From Salsipaludibacter albus (GTDB taxonomy: Bacteria; Actinomycetota; Nitriliruptoria; Nitriliruptorales; Nitriliruptoraceae), in assembly GCF_019798055.1 (NCBI RefSeq), contig NZ_JAHOPH010000005.1, positions 118,426 through 142,425 of the forward strand: a stretch of DNA of 24,000 bases, in the 5' to 3' direction. Both the position numbers and the translations under genes were made by a program. The notes under the pieces are model-generated. The model was not told the DNA's origin. It did not search any database and saw only the letters and a program-made list of their open reading frames with translations. Each line of letters starts with the position of its first letter. Position 1 is the first letter of the stretch. Positions 1-7,567 of this stretch are shown piece by piece.

Positions 1-3000
1 GACGCGGCGTCCTCGGTGGGCGGGGTCTCGGCGCCGGGGGCGGCGCTGCCGTCGTCGACGAAGGTGAGCACGGCGCCGACCTCGCCGATCCGGACCCACG
101 ATCCGGCCTCGGTTCCGCGGTAGATGCGGTAGCCGGTGGCGCCAGCCACCTCGGTCCAGGTCACCTCGATGGTGCGGTCCGTGGCGCCGTCGGCGATCGC
201 CAGCTGGGCCTCGGCGCTGGGGAGGCTCTCGTCGCCGTCGAACAGCGCGGTCACCACGTAGAAGAACGTGGTGTCCGTGGCGAGCGTCCCACCGGCCTGC
301 GCGGTCAGGGACGGCGTGGAGGGGACGAACTTGACGTTGCCGGCATCGGCGGTCGCGGAGGCCCGGTTGCGGGCCGCGGCACGCACGACGACGGCGCCCG
401 GCACGGCCACGGCGTGCGCCCCGGCGGCGCCCGGATCGATGAATGCCTCGGTGGTGGCCACCAGCACGGTCACCGCGAGCGAGGCGGCGAGGTCCTGGGC
501 ACCGTCCGCGGTCTGCGACTGGCCGTCGGCCCGGCCGTCGGCGGCGTCTGCCTGTTCCGTCGTGCGGGTGGGGTCGTTGGCGGACTGGTCGTTGCCCTGG
601 GCACCGCTGGGCGCGGCGGCCGAGCTGGTCGGGGTCTGGTTGTCCGTGGCCGCCTCGACCGTGAGGTCCCCGGCGGTGATCGGCGTGGCGGCCGAGCTGT
701 CCACGAAGGCACGCGACGTCGTCACGACCACGCCGACGGCCACGCCGGCTCCCGAGCCGGCCAGCGAGGAGTCGCCGACCGTCGTGACGTTCGTGTCCAT
801 GCGCGACGTGATCGAGACCGTGTTCGCACCGGCGTCGATCACGCTGGTGTCGGACACCTGGCTGACCGCGGAGGCGACCAGCACGGAGGCGGCGACCGAC
901 GAGTCGCGGGTCGTGACGTCGTCCCAGTTGGTGCCGTCCGCGCTGGGCGCGGTGGCACTCGGGCCAACGGGGTTCTGGGCCTCGTAGCGGTTGCCGTCGG
1001 TCGGGTCGGTGACGACGTCGCCCTCGGCGTAGGCGGTGGCGCTGTCCCACTCGCCCCGGTCGAACCCGCGGGCCCGCGCGATGGCGGTCACGTCGACCCG
1101 GCTGGCCAGCGTCACGTTGCCGGTCGCGGTGATGGAGGAGGCGCCGCGGACCCGGACCCAGGCGTCGTAGATCAGCTGCACGATCGCCGAGTTGATGCCG
1201 GTCTCGTCACCGTCCTCGACGATCGGGCCGTTCACCACGGCGTCGTCGGCGGGCGTCCCGGTGCAGCCGGTGATCCCGGTGAACGAGGTGTCGGTGGTGC
1301 CGGTGTAGGAGCAGGCGTCCGTGATCCCGTCGATCACCAGCGTGCCGTCGTCGGCGAAGCCGTCCGTGGAGTCGACCGTCAGCGTGCCGCCGGCGAGGTC
1401 CTGGGAGGCGCCGTCGACCGCGGTGCGGGCAGTCCCCGCCAGCGCGTCCAGCAGGACGACGTTGCCCACGAGCGTCGCACCGTCGACGTCGATGCTGCCC
1501 TCGACCCCCAGCAGCGTCGAGGTGATCCCGAAGGCCGACTGCCCGTTGCTGGTCGCGCGCGCGTTGAAGGTGATGTCGCCGGACCCGACGTCGATCGTCA
1601 CGCCCGGCGCGACCTTGATCTTCTCGGCGTTGACCGTCAGGTCGGCGCCCGGCACCAGGAAGTCGCCCGTGAACTCGACCGTGTCGGTGCCGTCACCGCC
1701 ATTGATCGTCACCGAGTTCGTCCCGGCGATGGTGAAGAAGGTGTACTCGACGAGTGGCAGCTCGGTGGAGCCGGTGAGGGGTTCGAAGTAGCGCACCTCG
1801 ATGGTGGCGCCGTTCGGTGCGACCTTCATCCAGTCGCCGTCGAGCAGGAGCGCATCGTCGCGGCCGTTGATCGTGACGTCGGCGGCACTGACGTCGACCG
1901 GCTCCAGGTCCGCGTAGGCGATCGCGCGGCCGTCCACGACGACGACCCCGGACTTGGGCCCGGTGGGGGTCGACGACACCCGGTCGGCGCGCACGCGCAG
2001 CGTGTCGTACCCCCGCAGTCCCCCGTCGACCGTCCGGACGTGGGCGCCGTGGGCCACGTCGAAGACGTCCTCGTTGTCGGCCGCGCCGTACAGCACCTCG
2101 ACGCCGTCGAAGGCGAGCCCCGGCAGCGACCCCGCCCCGTCGCCGTCCACCGTCCAGGTGGTGTCCCCGGCCGGTCCCGCGACCGTGTCGGTGCCACCAC
2201 CCCCGGTGAACGAGATCGAGGCGGTCGCGCCGACCAGCGTGGCGTCGACGGTGAGGGTGTCGTCGCCGGCGCCACCGAGGAGGTGCACGATGGTGATGCC
2301 GTCGAGCGACAGGCGGTCGACCGTTCCGTCGGCGGCGACCAGGGCCAGGGAGTTGGTGTCGGCGTCGTGGCGCAGCACGTGGGCGAACGCCTCGCCGTCG
2401 GCGACCGTCGCGGTGGCGACGTCGCCGGCGACCGACCAGTGCGAGGTGGCCTCGACGGCCGCGTCGCTGTCCGCGGCGTCCGTGGTGGCGGGCTCGACGG
2501 CCGGCTCCACGGCCTCGTCCTCGGGCTCGTCCGACGACGCGTCGTCGTCCGGCTCCGAGGAGACCTCGTCGGTCGTCTCGGCCTCGCCTGGTTCCTCGGC
2601 GGTGTCGGACTCGTCGGTGGCGTCGGACTCGTCGGTGGCGTCGGGCTCGTCGGTGGTCTCGGCCTCGTCGGGGGCATCGGTGGTGTCGTCCTCGCCCGCA
2701 GGCTCGGAGGTGGACGAGTCGTCGGTGGCGGCGTCCTCGGGGGCGTCGTCGGACCCGCTGTCGTCGTCGGTCGTCTCTTCGGCGTGGGCCGTCTCGGCGT
2801 GCTCCTCCTCGTGGTCGCCCGCAGGCTCACTGGACTCGGCCGCAGCCGGCGGGGCGGTCACACCGTGACTCTCCCCCGGCGCCAGGGACGACTCCATGAG
2901 CCCATCGCCGGCGTGGTCGAGGCCGAGGACGTGGCCGATCTCGTGGCGCAGGACGGTGCGAAGGTGCATGCCCCCGTCGCCCCAGCCGTGGCCGGCGGCG

Positions 3001-3440
3001 GTGGCGTCGACCGTGATGGTGCGACCGGAGGTCCGACCGAGCTCGCTGCCCGGCAGGTCACCGACCGTGGCACCGATGCCGGACAGGTCGGCGTCGGGGT
3101 CCGCATCGGCCCAGTCCGACAGCGCACCGGCCAGGGCCGCGTCGAGCTCACCCGCCGACAGGGCCGCCACGTCGCCGTCGAGCACGCTGCTCGCGGCCAC
3201 CATGCGGCGGTCGGCGGAGGCGGGGACGACGGTCTGCCAGAAGGTCCTGGCCTGGTCCATGACGCCCCCGAGCTGCTGGGGGCTGGGCGTGCGGACCGGC
3301 ATGACCGTGGGCAGGGGATCGAGGTCGACGGTCGGGACGACGGTCGGGGTGGTCGGCAGGACGAGTGGCAGCACGAGCAGGGCCGAGGCGAGCGCCATGA
3401 GCGCGCGCCGACCCGTCGGCAGTGCCCCAACTTCCTGCAT
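1..3440 (-). CDS. Large secreted multidomain protein, N-terminal 1146 codons (3' end beyond left edge): signal peptide, metzincin-type zinc motif, acidic linker, GGxGxD repeat region, CBM5/12-like and FN3-like segments
   Basis: Absent from the ORF track because no stop lies in the window. The minus-strand frame with codon starts at 3440, 3437... is open from the in-frame TGA at 3528-3530 down to position 1. My manual translation gives 1146 codons with no stop and G/C-rich third positions. ATG 3440 gives MQEVGALPTGRRALMALASALLVLPLVLP, a charged n-region with RR plus a hydrophobic core; alternative starts are GTG 3476 and ATG 3398. aa166-176 are HEIGHVLGLDH (nt 2913-2945). aa ~195-330 are D/E/T/S/P-rich. 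GGxGxD-type motifs: LLGGAGDDTLTV, FTGGGGTDTVAG, INGGDGTDTVEF. aa797-842 read EWDSATAYAEGDVVTDPTDGNRYEAQNP...TNWDDV. aa ~1088-1130 read IEVTWTEVAGATGYRIYRGTEAG...LTFVDDG. Confidence 0.8.
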   Translation of the reverse strand, partial: MQEVGALPTGRRALMALASALLVLPLVLPTTPTVVPTVDLDPLPTVMPVRTPSPQQLGGVMDQARTFWQTVVPASADRRMVAASSVLDGDVAALSAGELDAALAGALSDWADADPDADLSGIGATVGDLPGSELGRTSGRTITVDATAAGHGWGDGGMHLRTVLRHEIGHVLGLDHAGDGLMESSLAPGESHGVTAPPAAAESSEPAGDHEEEHAETAHAEETTDDDSGSDDAPEDAATDDSSTSEPAGEDDTTDAPDEAETTDEPDATDESDATDESDTAEEPGEAETTDEVSSEPDDDASSDEPEDEAVEPAVEPATTDAADSDAAVEATSHWSVAGDVATATVADGEAFAHVLRHDADTNSLALVAADGTVDRLSLDGITIVHLLGGAGDDTLTVDATLVGATASISFTGGGGTDTVAGPAGDTTWTVDGDGAGSLPGLAFDGVEVLYGAADNEDVFDVAHGAHVRTVDGGLRGYDTLRVRADRVSSTPTGPKSGVVVVDGRAIAYADLEPVDVSAADVTINGRDDALLLDGDWMKVAPNGATIEVRYFEPLTGSTELPLVEYTFFTIAGTNSVTINGGDGTDTVEFTGDFLVPGADLTVNAEKIKVAPGVTIDVGSGDITFNARATSNGQSAFGITSTLLGVEGSIDVDGATLVGNVVLLDALAGTARTAVDGASQDLAGGTLTVDSTDGFADDGTLVIDGITDACSYTGTTDTSFTGITGCTGTPADDAVVNGPIVEDGDETGINSAIVQLIYDAWVRVRGASSITATGNVTLASRVDVTAIARARGFDRGEWDSATAYAEGDVVTDPTDGNRYEAQNPVGPSATAPSADGTNWDDVTTRDSSVAASVLVASAVSQVSDTSVIDAGANTVSITSRMDTNVTTVGDSSLAGSGAGVAVGVVVTTSRAFVDSSAATPITAGDLTVEAATDNQTPTSSAAAPSGAQGNDQSANDPTRTTEQADAADGRADGQSQTADGAQDLAASLAVTVLVATTEAFIDPGAAGAHAVAVPGAVVVRAAARNRASATADAGNVKFVPSTPSLTAQAGGTLATDTTFFYVVTALFDGDESLPSAEAQLAIADGATDRTIEVTWTEVAGATGYRIYRGTEAGSWVRIGEVGAVLTFVDDGSAAPGAETPPTEDAA
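2604..2657. repeat. 18-bp tandem repeat x3 inside the acidic linker of the large exoprotein
   Basis: gtcggactcgtcggtggc (2604-2621), gtcggactcgtcggtggc (2622-2639), gtcgggctcgtcggtggt (2640-2657). On the minus strand these encode TTDEPDA/TDESDA/TDESD. Confidence 0.9.
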
Positions 3441-3465
3441 CCCCGGTGGTCCCCAACGAGGCGTC

Positions 3466-3493
3466 GATGTCCGCACGGCCCCCCGTGGACATC
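3466..3493 (-). promoter_or_regulatory. Strong stem-loop between the CpaE-like stop and the exoprotein start (5'-UTR hairpin or terminator)
   Basis: Plus strand gatgtcc-gc-acgg cccc ccgt-ggacatc: 11 bp of pairing with a 2-nt bulge and a 4-nt loop. It lies 26 nt upstream of ATG 3440 and 73 nt downstream of the stop at 3566. Confidence 0.4.
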
Positions 3494-3502
3494 GGATCGC
3501 AC

Positions 3503-3531
3503 ACTCAACGCGCTCCGAGCGCGGCTGTCAA
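3503..3531 (-). promoter_or_regulatory. Candidate promoter for the large exoprotein gene (TTGACA-17 nt-TTGAGT)
   Basis: The minus strand reads tctcTTGACAgccgcgctcggagcgcgTTGAGTgtgcg. The -35 is a perfect TTGACA (3526-3531), in the only locally AT-richer patch of this intergenic region. The -10 (3503-3508) is weak because it lacks A at position 2. Confidence 0.25.
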
Positions 3532-3565
3532 GAGATTGGCGAAAATCCAGGACTCCGGTCCTGAT

Positions 3566-4495
3566 TCAGGCATCCAGCTGCTCGTCGAGACGGCGCAACG
3601 GCGCGAGCACGGTGCCGGGGAGCGACCCCGGGAGCCGGCAGGCGTCGTGCAGCCGGGCCACTCGGGCCGACCACGGGACGACGACCACGAGCCGTCCCCC
3701 CGCGGCCCGGACCACCTCCGTCGCGGACCGGGGGCCGGTGTCGACGAGGACGACTGCTGCGGCTCCGGACTCCTCGATCGCCGCGAGGCCCGGGCGGTCC
3801 CGCCGCACGACCAGCACGTCCCCCGGAGCGTCCCCGGGCAGGGCACCGGGCCCCACGACACCGCCATCGACCACCACCCGGACACCGGACGGGGGTGCGA
3901 TCCGCCCGACCGCGGCGTCCACCCGGACGGCACGCAGCCCGTCGACCCCGGGCACGCCGGTCGACGCCGCCCACGCACGATGCCCCGCCAGCACCTCGGG
4001 GGGGACCTGCCGCACGTCCGGGACCGGCACGTCCCCACGACCGACGACCAGGCTCGGACGTTCCCGCCAGGCGGACAGGGCTCCGAGCGCCAGGGCGATG
4101 GTGGTGACGCCGACACCCCCCGCCGACCCCACGACGCGTGTGCTCTCGACCTCGACTCGAGGGTCACCCGCCACCAGGTCCGCGACCACCTCGGCCAACG
4201 TCCCGTGCTCGGCGGGCCACGCCACCACGGCATCGACCTGCTGCGCCAGGCGGGTCGCGGCGATCGGGTCGTCGTCCGGGCCGACCAGGGCGACGCTGGG
4301 GAGGGGGACACCGTCCACCGAGGCGTCGGCGCTCGACCCCCCGACCCCGACCAGTCGCAGTCGGGCCGGCAACGCCTCGCCCCGCGTGACCTGCCATCCG
4401 AGCCGGGACTCGATCCATGCCCCGACCTGGTCGACCAGGTGACGTGGACCGTCGACGACGACCGGCAGTGCCACGAGGTCCGATCGATGCACCAT
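3566..4495 (-). CDS. CpaE/Ssd-like (MinD/ParA superfamily) protein with degenerate, lysine-less Walker A
   Basis: 309-aa ORF with high GC3 and a non-artefactual composition. The P-loop-like segment VVGSAGGVGVTTIALALGA sits where CpaE-like proteins carry GGxGGxGxS/T. The N-terminal receiver-like segment and the C-terminal PWSARVARLHDACRLPG resemble actinobacterial Ssd (Rv3660c-type, TIGR03815-like) proteins. This comparison is from memory, not from an alignment. Confidence 0.55.
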   Translation of the reverse strand: MVHRSDLVALPVVVDGPRHLVDQVGAWIESRLGWQVTRGEALPARLRLVGVGGSSADASVDGVPLPSVALVGPDDDPIAATRLAQQVDAVVAWPAEHGTLAEVVADLVAGDPRVEVESTRVVGSAGGVGVTTIALALGALSAWRERPSLVVGRGDVPVPDVRQVPPEVLAGHRAWAASTGVPGVDGLRAVRVDAAVGRIAPPSGVRVVVDGGVVGPGALPGDAPGDVLVVRRDRPGLAAIEESGAAAVVLVDTGPRSATEVVRAAGGRLVVVVPWSARVARLHDACRLPGSLPGTVLAPLRRLDEQLDA

Positions 4496-4576
4496 GCGTC
4501 CCGTCCACGGCAGTCCGCGGAGGACGCTAGGTCGTGCGACGACGGGCAGAGACCCGGATGCCGGACCTGTGGATGG

Positions 4577-4927
4577 TCAGGTGTAGTCGCGGTGGTGGGT
4601 GATCTGCCCGTCGTCGCCGAAGGCGAAGAACGACGCACGTGGGAGATCGCTCCAACGACGACCGCCGGCCTCGTACGAGATCGTCCACTCGACCGCCATC
4701 TCCCGTCCGTCGGCCGCCTCGATCACGCGCTTGGCCGTGATCGCGACGTCCTCCTTGCCGGCCAGGTAGTCCTTCAGGTAGGCCTGGATCAGGAGGTTGC
4801 CCCGATGCGGGGGGTTGTACGGCTCGAGGTAGATCGCGTCGATGTCGTAGAGGCTGGGAAGGTCGTCCAGGTCGCCCGAAGTGAGCATGCCCTGGAGACG
4901 GTCCCAGGTGTCGGCAGCCTGGCCCAC
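4577..4927 (-). CDS. SnoaL/NTF2-like small protein
   Basis: 116-aa ORF. The GTG start at 4927 is preceded by a perfect SD, AGAAGGAGattgcGTG. Size and sequence (LYDIDAIYLEPYNPP...AVEWTISYEAGG...FFAFGDDGQITHHRDY) fit the NTF2-like cone fold. Confidence 0.6.
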   Translation of the reverse strand: MGQAADTWDRLQGMLTSGDLDDLPSLYDIDAIYLEPYNPPHRGNLLIQAYLKDYLAGKEDVAITAKRVIEAADGREMAVEWTISYEAGGRRWSDLPRASFFAFGDDGQITHHRDYT

Positions 4928-5237
4928 GCAATCTCCTTCTCGGTCCGGCCCACGGTCGTGGTCGTCCGGGTCGGACGGCCGGACGGGGGAGTCGGCGCGT
5001 GCTCGCGCCCTCCCCGACCGTGGGGCTGACGCTTGATGCTAGTCCCCCGGGACGCAGGGCCCAACGAGGTGTCGACGACACGGGCGGCCGGCCCGATCGT
5101 TCGTCGCACGGCCCCGGGGCGACGGCGTCCGCCCACACCGGCCGACGGCGAGCGGCAGGACCGGGTGGCAGACTGGCCAGCGAGAGGACCGTCCGACCGT
5201 CCTGTTCCCACCCGTCGCCGACCACCCGAGGTCCCGC

Positions 5238-6704
5238 ATGTCCACGCCCATGCAGTCCGCTGCCCTGCCGGAGGGATCTCGTGTCCCCGACGGACTCGAC
5301 GACGTGGCTGCGGCGCTGGCCGACCGGCTGCCCGAGCACCTGGACGCCCTGGTCGAGCTGGCCAGCATCCCGTCGATCTCGCTGGCGGGCAACGACCCGG
5401 CACACGTGCGGCGCAGCGCCGAGGCGACGGCGGACCTGCTGCGGGGGGCCGGCCTGGAGGACGTCCGCCTGCTCGAGGTGGACGACGCCCATCCGTACGT
5501 CACCGGCTCGCTGTGCCACGCCGGCGAGGCCGCGCCGACGCTGCTGCTGTACGCCCACCACGACGTCCAGCCGGTCGGGACGCCCGACCGCTGGAGCAGC
5601 CCGCCCTTCGAGCCGACCGTCCGCGACGGACGGCTCTACGGACGTGGCTGCAGCGACGACAAGGCGGGGGTCATCGCCCACGTCGCCGCGATCCGCGCCT
5701 GGGTCGACGCCCGGGGCGAGCCGCCCGTCAACGTCAAGGTCGTGATCGAGGGCGAGGAGGAGATCGGCTCGCCCCACCTGCCCGTGTTCCTCGAGCGATA
5801 CGGACCGATGCTGGACGCCGACGTCATCGTGATCGCCGACGTCGGCAACTTCAAGACCGGCTGGCCCGGGCTGACCTGGTCGCTGCGAGGCCTGATGGAC
5901 GCCACCGTGACCGTGCGTTGCATGGCCCAGCCGGTCCACTCCGGCATGTGGGGCGGACTGGTCCCGGATGCCCTGACCGCGACTGCCCGGCTGCTCGCGA
6001 CCCTGCACGACGATCGCGGCGACGTCGCGGTCGACGGGTTCGCGGCCGGCGCCCGGGAGCTGACCCCCGAGGAGCGGGCCCGCGTGGAGGCGCTGCCCCC
6101 CGACCCGGACGGGCTGCGGACCGAGGCCCGGACCGTCGAGGGGCTCCACTGGCTGGGTGACCCCGACGACTCCCCCCTCGAGCGAATCTGGTTCACGCCG
6201 ACGATCACCCCGACCGGGATGTCGGTGCCCGACCTCGCCCACGCGTCCAACACGCTCCTCAACGAGGTGTCGACGAAGCTGTCCTGCCGGATGGTCCCGG
6301 GGCAGGATCCCGCCCGCGCCTTCGCGGCCCTGCGTCGCCACCTCGAGGAGCACGTCCCGTGGGGACTGGAGGTCGAGGTCTCGCCCGGCGAGACGGCCCC
6401 CGCGTGGGTCACCGACCCGTCCAGTGCGGCCCACGAGGCCGCCGCGGCCGCCTTCGAGGCGGGCTACGGCCACGACGTCGCGTGGATGGGCTGTGGTGGG
6501 TCGATCCCCCTGGTGGGACCCTTCGCCGAGTCGTTCGGGGGTGCCGCGGCACTGCTCATCGGGGTCGAGGACCCAGCCTCCAACGCCCACGGCGAAGACG
6601 AGTCCCAGGACCTGGGCGACCTGGCCCGCACGGCCCTGTCCGAGGCCTACCTCTTCGCCGAGCTCGCCGACCGCGCCGAGGCCGTCCGCGCCCGGGGGGC
6701 GTGA
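5238..6704 (+). CDS. M20 family metallopeptidase/dipeptidase (ArgE/DapE/CPG2-like)
   Basis: 488-aa ORF with M20 hallmark motifs: LLLYAHHDVQP, GRGCSDDKAG, VIEGEEEIGS. GAGG lies 7 nt upstream of the ATG. Confidence 0.85.
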   Translation: MSTPMQSAALPEGSRVPDGLDDVAAALADRLPEHLDALVELASIPSISLAGNDPAHVRRSAEATADLLRGAGLEDVRLLEVDDAHPYVTGSLCHAGEAAPTLLLYAHHDVQPVGTPDRWSSPPFEPTVRDGRLYGRGCSDDKAGVIAHVAAIRAWVDARGEPPVNVKVVIEGEEEIGSPHLPVFLERYGPMLDADVIVIADVGNFKTGWPGLTWSLRGLMDATVTVRCMAQPVHSGMWGGLVPDALTATARLLATLHDDRGDVAVDGFAAGARELTPEERARVEALPPDPDGLRTEARTVEGLHWLGDPDDSPLERIWFTPTITPTGMSVPDLAHASNTLLNEVSTKLSCRMVPGQDPARAFAALRRHLEEHVPWGLEVEVSPGETAPAWVTDPSSAAHEAAAAAFEAGYGHDVAWMGCGGSIPLVGPFAESFGGAAALLIGVEDPASNAHGEDESQDLGDLARTALSEAYLFAELADRAEAVRARGA

Positions 6705-6764
6705 CCCAGCGGATCGACGCCCCCCGACGGACACCGGCACGCGGCGAAGGCTCCGGAGGCCACG

Positions 6765-7211
6765 GTGGACCACCAGCAGCGGCAGGGCTTCCACGCGGAC
6801 GCGGTCTCGACCCGCACGCCCGAGGCAGGACGGTCACCGACCGCGCGACAACTGGGCGCGGTCTTCCTCGGTGGGATGCTCGGGGGCGGGGCGCGCATCG
6901 GCGTCGCCCTGGCGCTTCCCCACGACGCCGGGATCCCGTGGGCCACGCTGCTGGTCAACGTGCTGGGCGCGCTGGTGCTGGGATTCGTCGGGACCCGGCT
7001 GGCGGCGTCCGCACCACCGACGTCGCTGGCCGTGCCCCTGCTGTGCACCGGCTTCCTCGGCAGCTTCACGACCTTCTCGACCTTCTCCCAGGAGACCTGG
7101 GAGCTGGCGAGTGTGGCCGCGGACCCGGTCACCGCCACGGGCTACGTCGTCGGCTCGCTCGTGCTCGGGGTGCTGGCGGCACGGGCCGGCATGGTCGTGG
7201 CGCGGCGATGA
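6765..7211 (+). CDS. crcB: Fluoride channel CrcB/FluC, paralogue 1
   Basis: LLVNVLGALVLGF and GFLGSFTTFSTFSQE are CrcB signature motifs, and four hydrophobic helices are visible. The start is uncertain: GTG 6765 gives a ~30-aa non-hydrophobic leader. Confidence 0.8.
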   Translation: MDHQQRQGFHADAVSTRTPEAGRSPTARQLGAVFLGGMLGGGARIGVALALPHDAGIPWATLLVNVLGALVLGFVGTRLAASAPPTSLAVPLLCTGFLGSFTTFSTFSQETWELASVAADPVTATGYVVGSLVLGVLAARAGMVVARR

Positions 7212-7567
7212 CCATCGTGGTGGCGATGGTCGCCAGTGGGCTGGGGGCGACGGCCCGGGCAGCACTCGACGGGCTGATGGTGCGTCGTTCCGGCGCCACG
7301 TTGCCGTGGAGCACGACGACGGTGAACGTGGTCGGAGCGTTCCTGCTGGGCCTGCTGGTCGGACTGCACGGGACGGGTCGGCTGGGCGACGACGCACTCG
7401 CGATCGCGGGAGCCGGCTTCTGTGGCGGCTTCACCACCTTCTCGACGTGGATGGTCGAGACGATCGAACTGGACACCGGGGTCGGTCACGGACCCGCGAT
7501 CGCCAACCTCGTCGGGATGGTGCTGGCAGGGCTGGTCGGCACCGCCGCCGGCTCAGCGCTGGCCTGA
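7208..7567 (+). CDS. crcB: Fluoride channel CrcB/FluC, paralogue 2
   Basis: MTIVVAMV...TTTVNVVGAFLLGLL...GFCGGFTTFSTWMVE, 119 aa. Its ATG overlaps the stop of paralogue 1 (ATGA at 7208-7211). It is the 3' part of track ORF 6359-7567. Confidence 0.85.
   Translation: MTIVVAMVASGLGATARAALDGLMVRRSGATLPWSTTTVNVVGAFLLGLLVGLHGTGRLGDDALAIAGAGFCGGFTTFSTWMVETIELDTGVGHGPAIANLVGMVLAGLVGTAAGSALA

Noticed and set aside
1826-2830. 334-aa minus-strand ORF with a PTSPTPPTSPTPP repeat, and plus-strand ORFs 268-987, 1321-1791, 1954-2868, 2896-3564
   Set aside because: These are off-frame or antisense readings of the giant exoprotein gene. The apparent proline/threonine repeat is the 18-bp acidic-linker repeat read in another frame.
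414-4442. 1342-aa plus-strand ORF, the longest in the track
   Set aside because: Its extreme R/G/D/V/H/P composition with no hydrophobic structure is typical of a high-GC off-frame or antisense read-through. It lies opposite two well-supported minus-strand genes, the exoprotein and the CpaE-like protein.
5187-5202. Tandem 8-mer gaccgtcc gaccgtcc upstream of the M20 peptidase
   Set aside because: It is too short and simple to distinguish from chance in GC-rich DNA, and there is no supporting symmetry or context.
4527-6794. 755-aa minus-strand ORF
   Set aside because: It is antisense to the M20 peptidase, which has clear metal-ligand motifs, and out of frame with the SnoaL-like gene. Its composition is artefactual.
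6705-6870. Fluoride (crcB-motif) riboswitch upstream of the crcB pair
   Set aside because: I found no GAUGG...AAUGA/CUGAUGA...CCUAC-type conserved core by eye. The true intergenic gap is only 60 nt. A covariance-model scan is needed for certainty.
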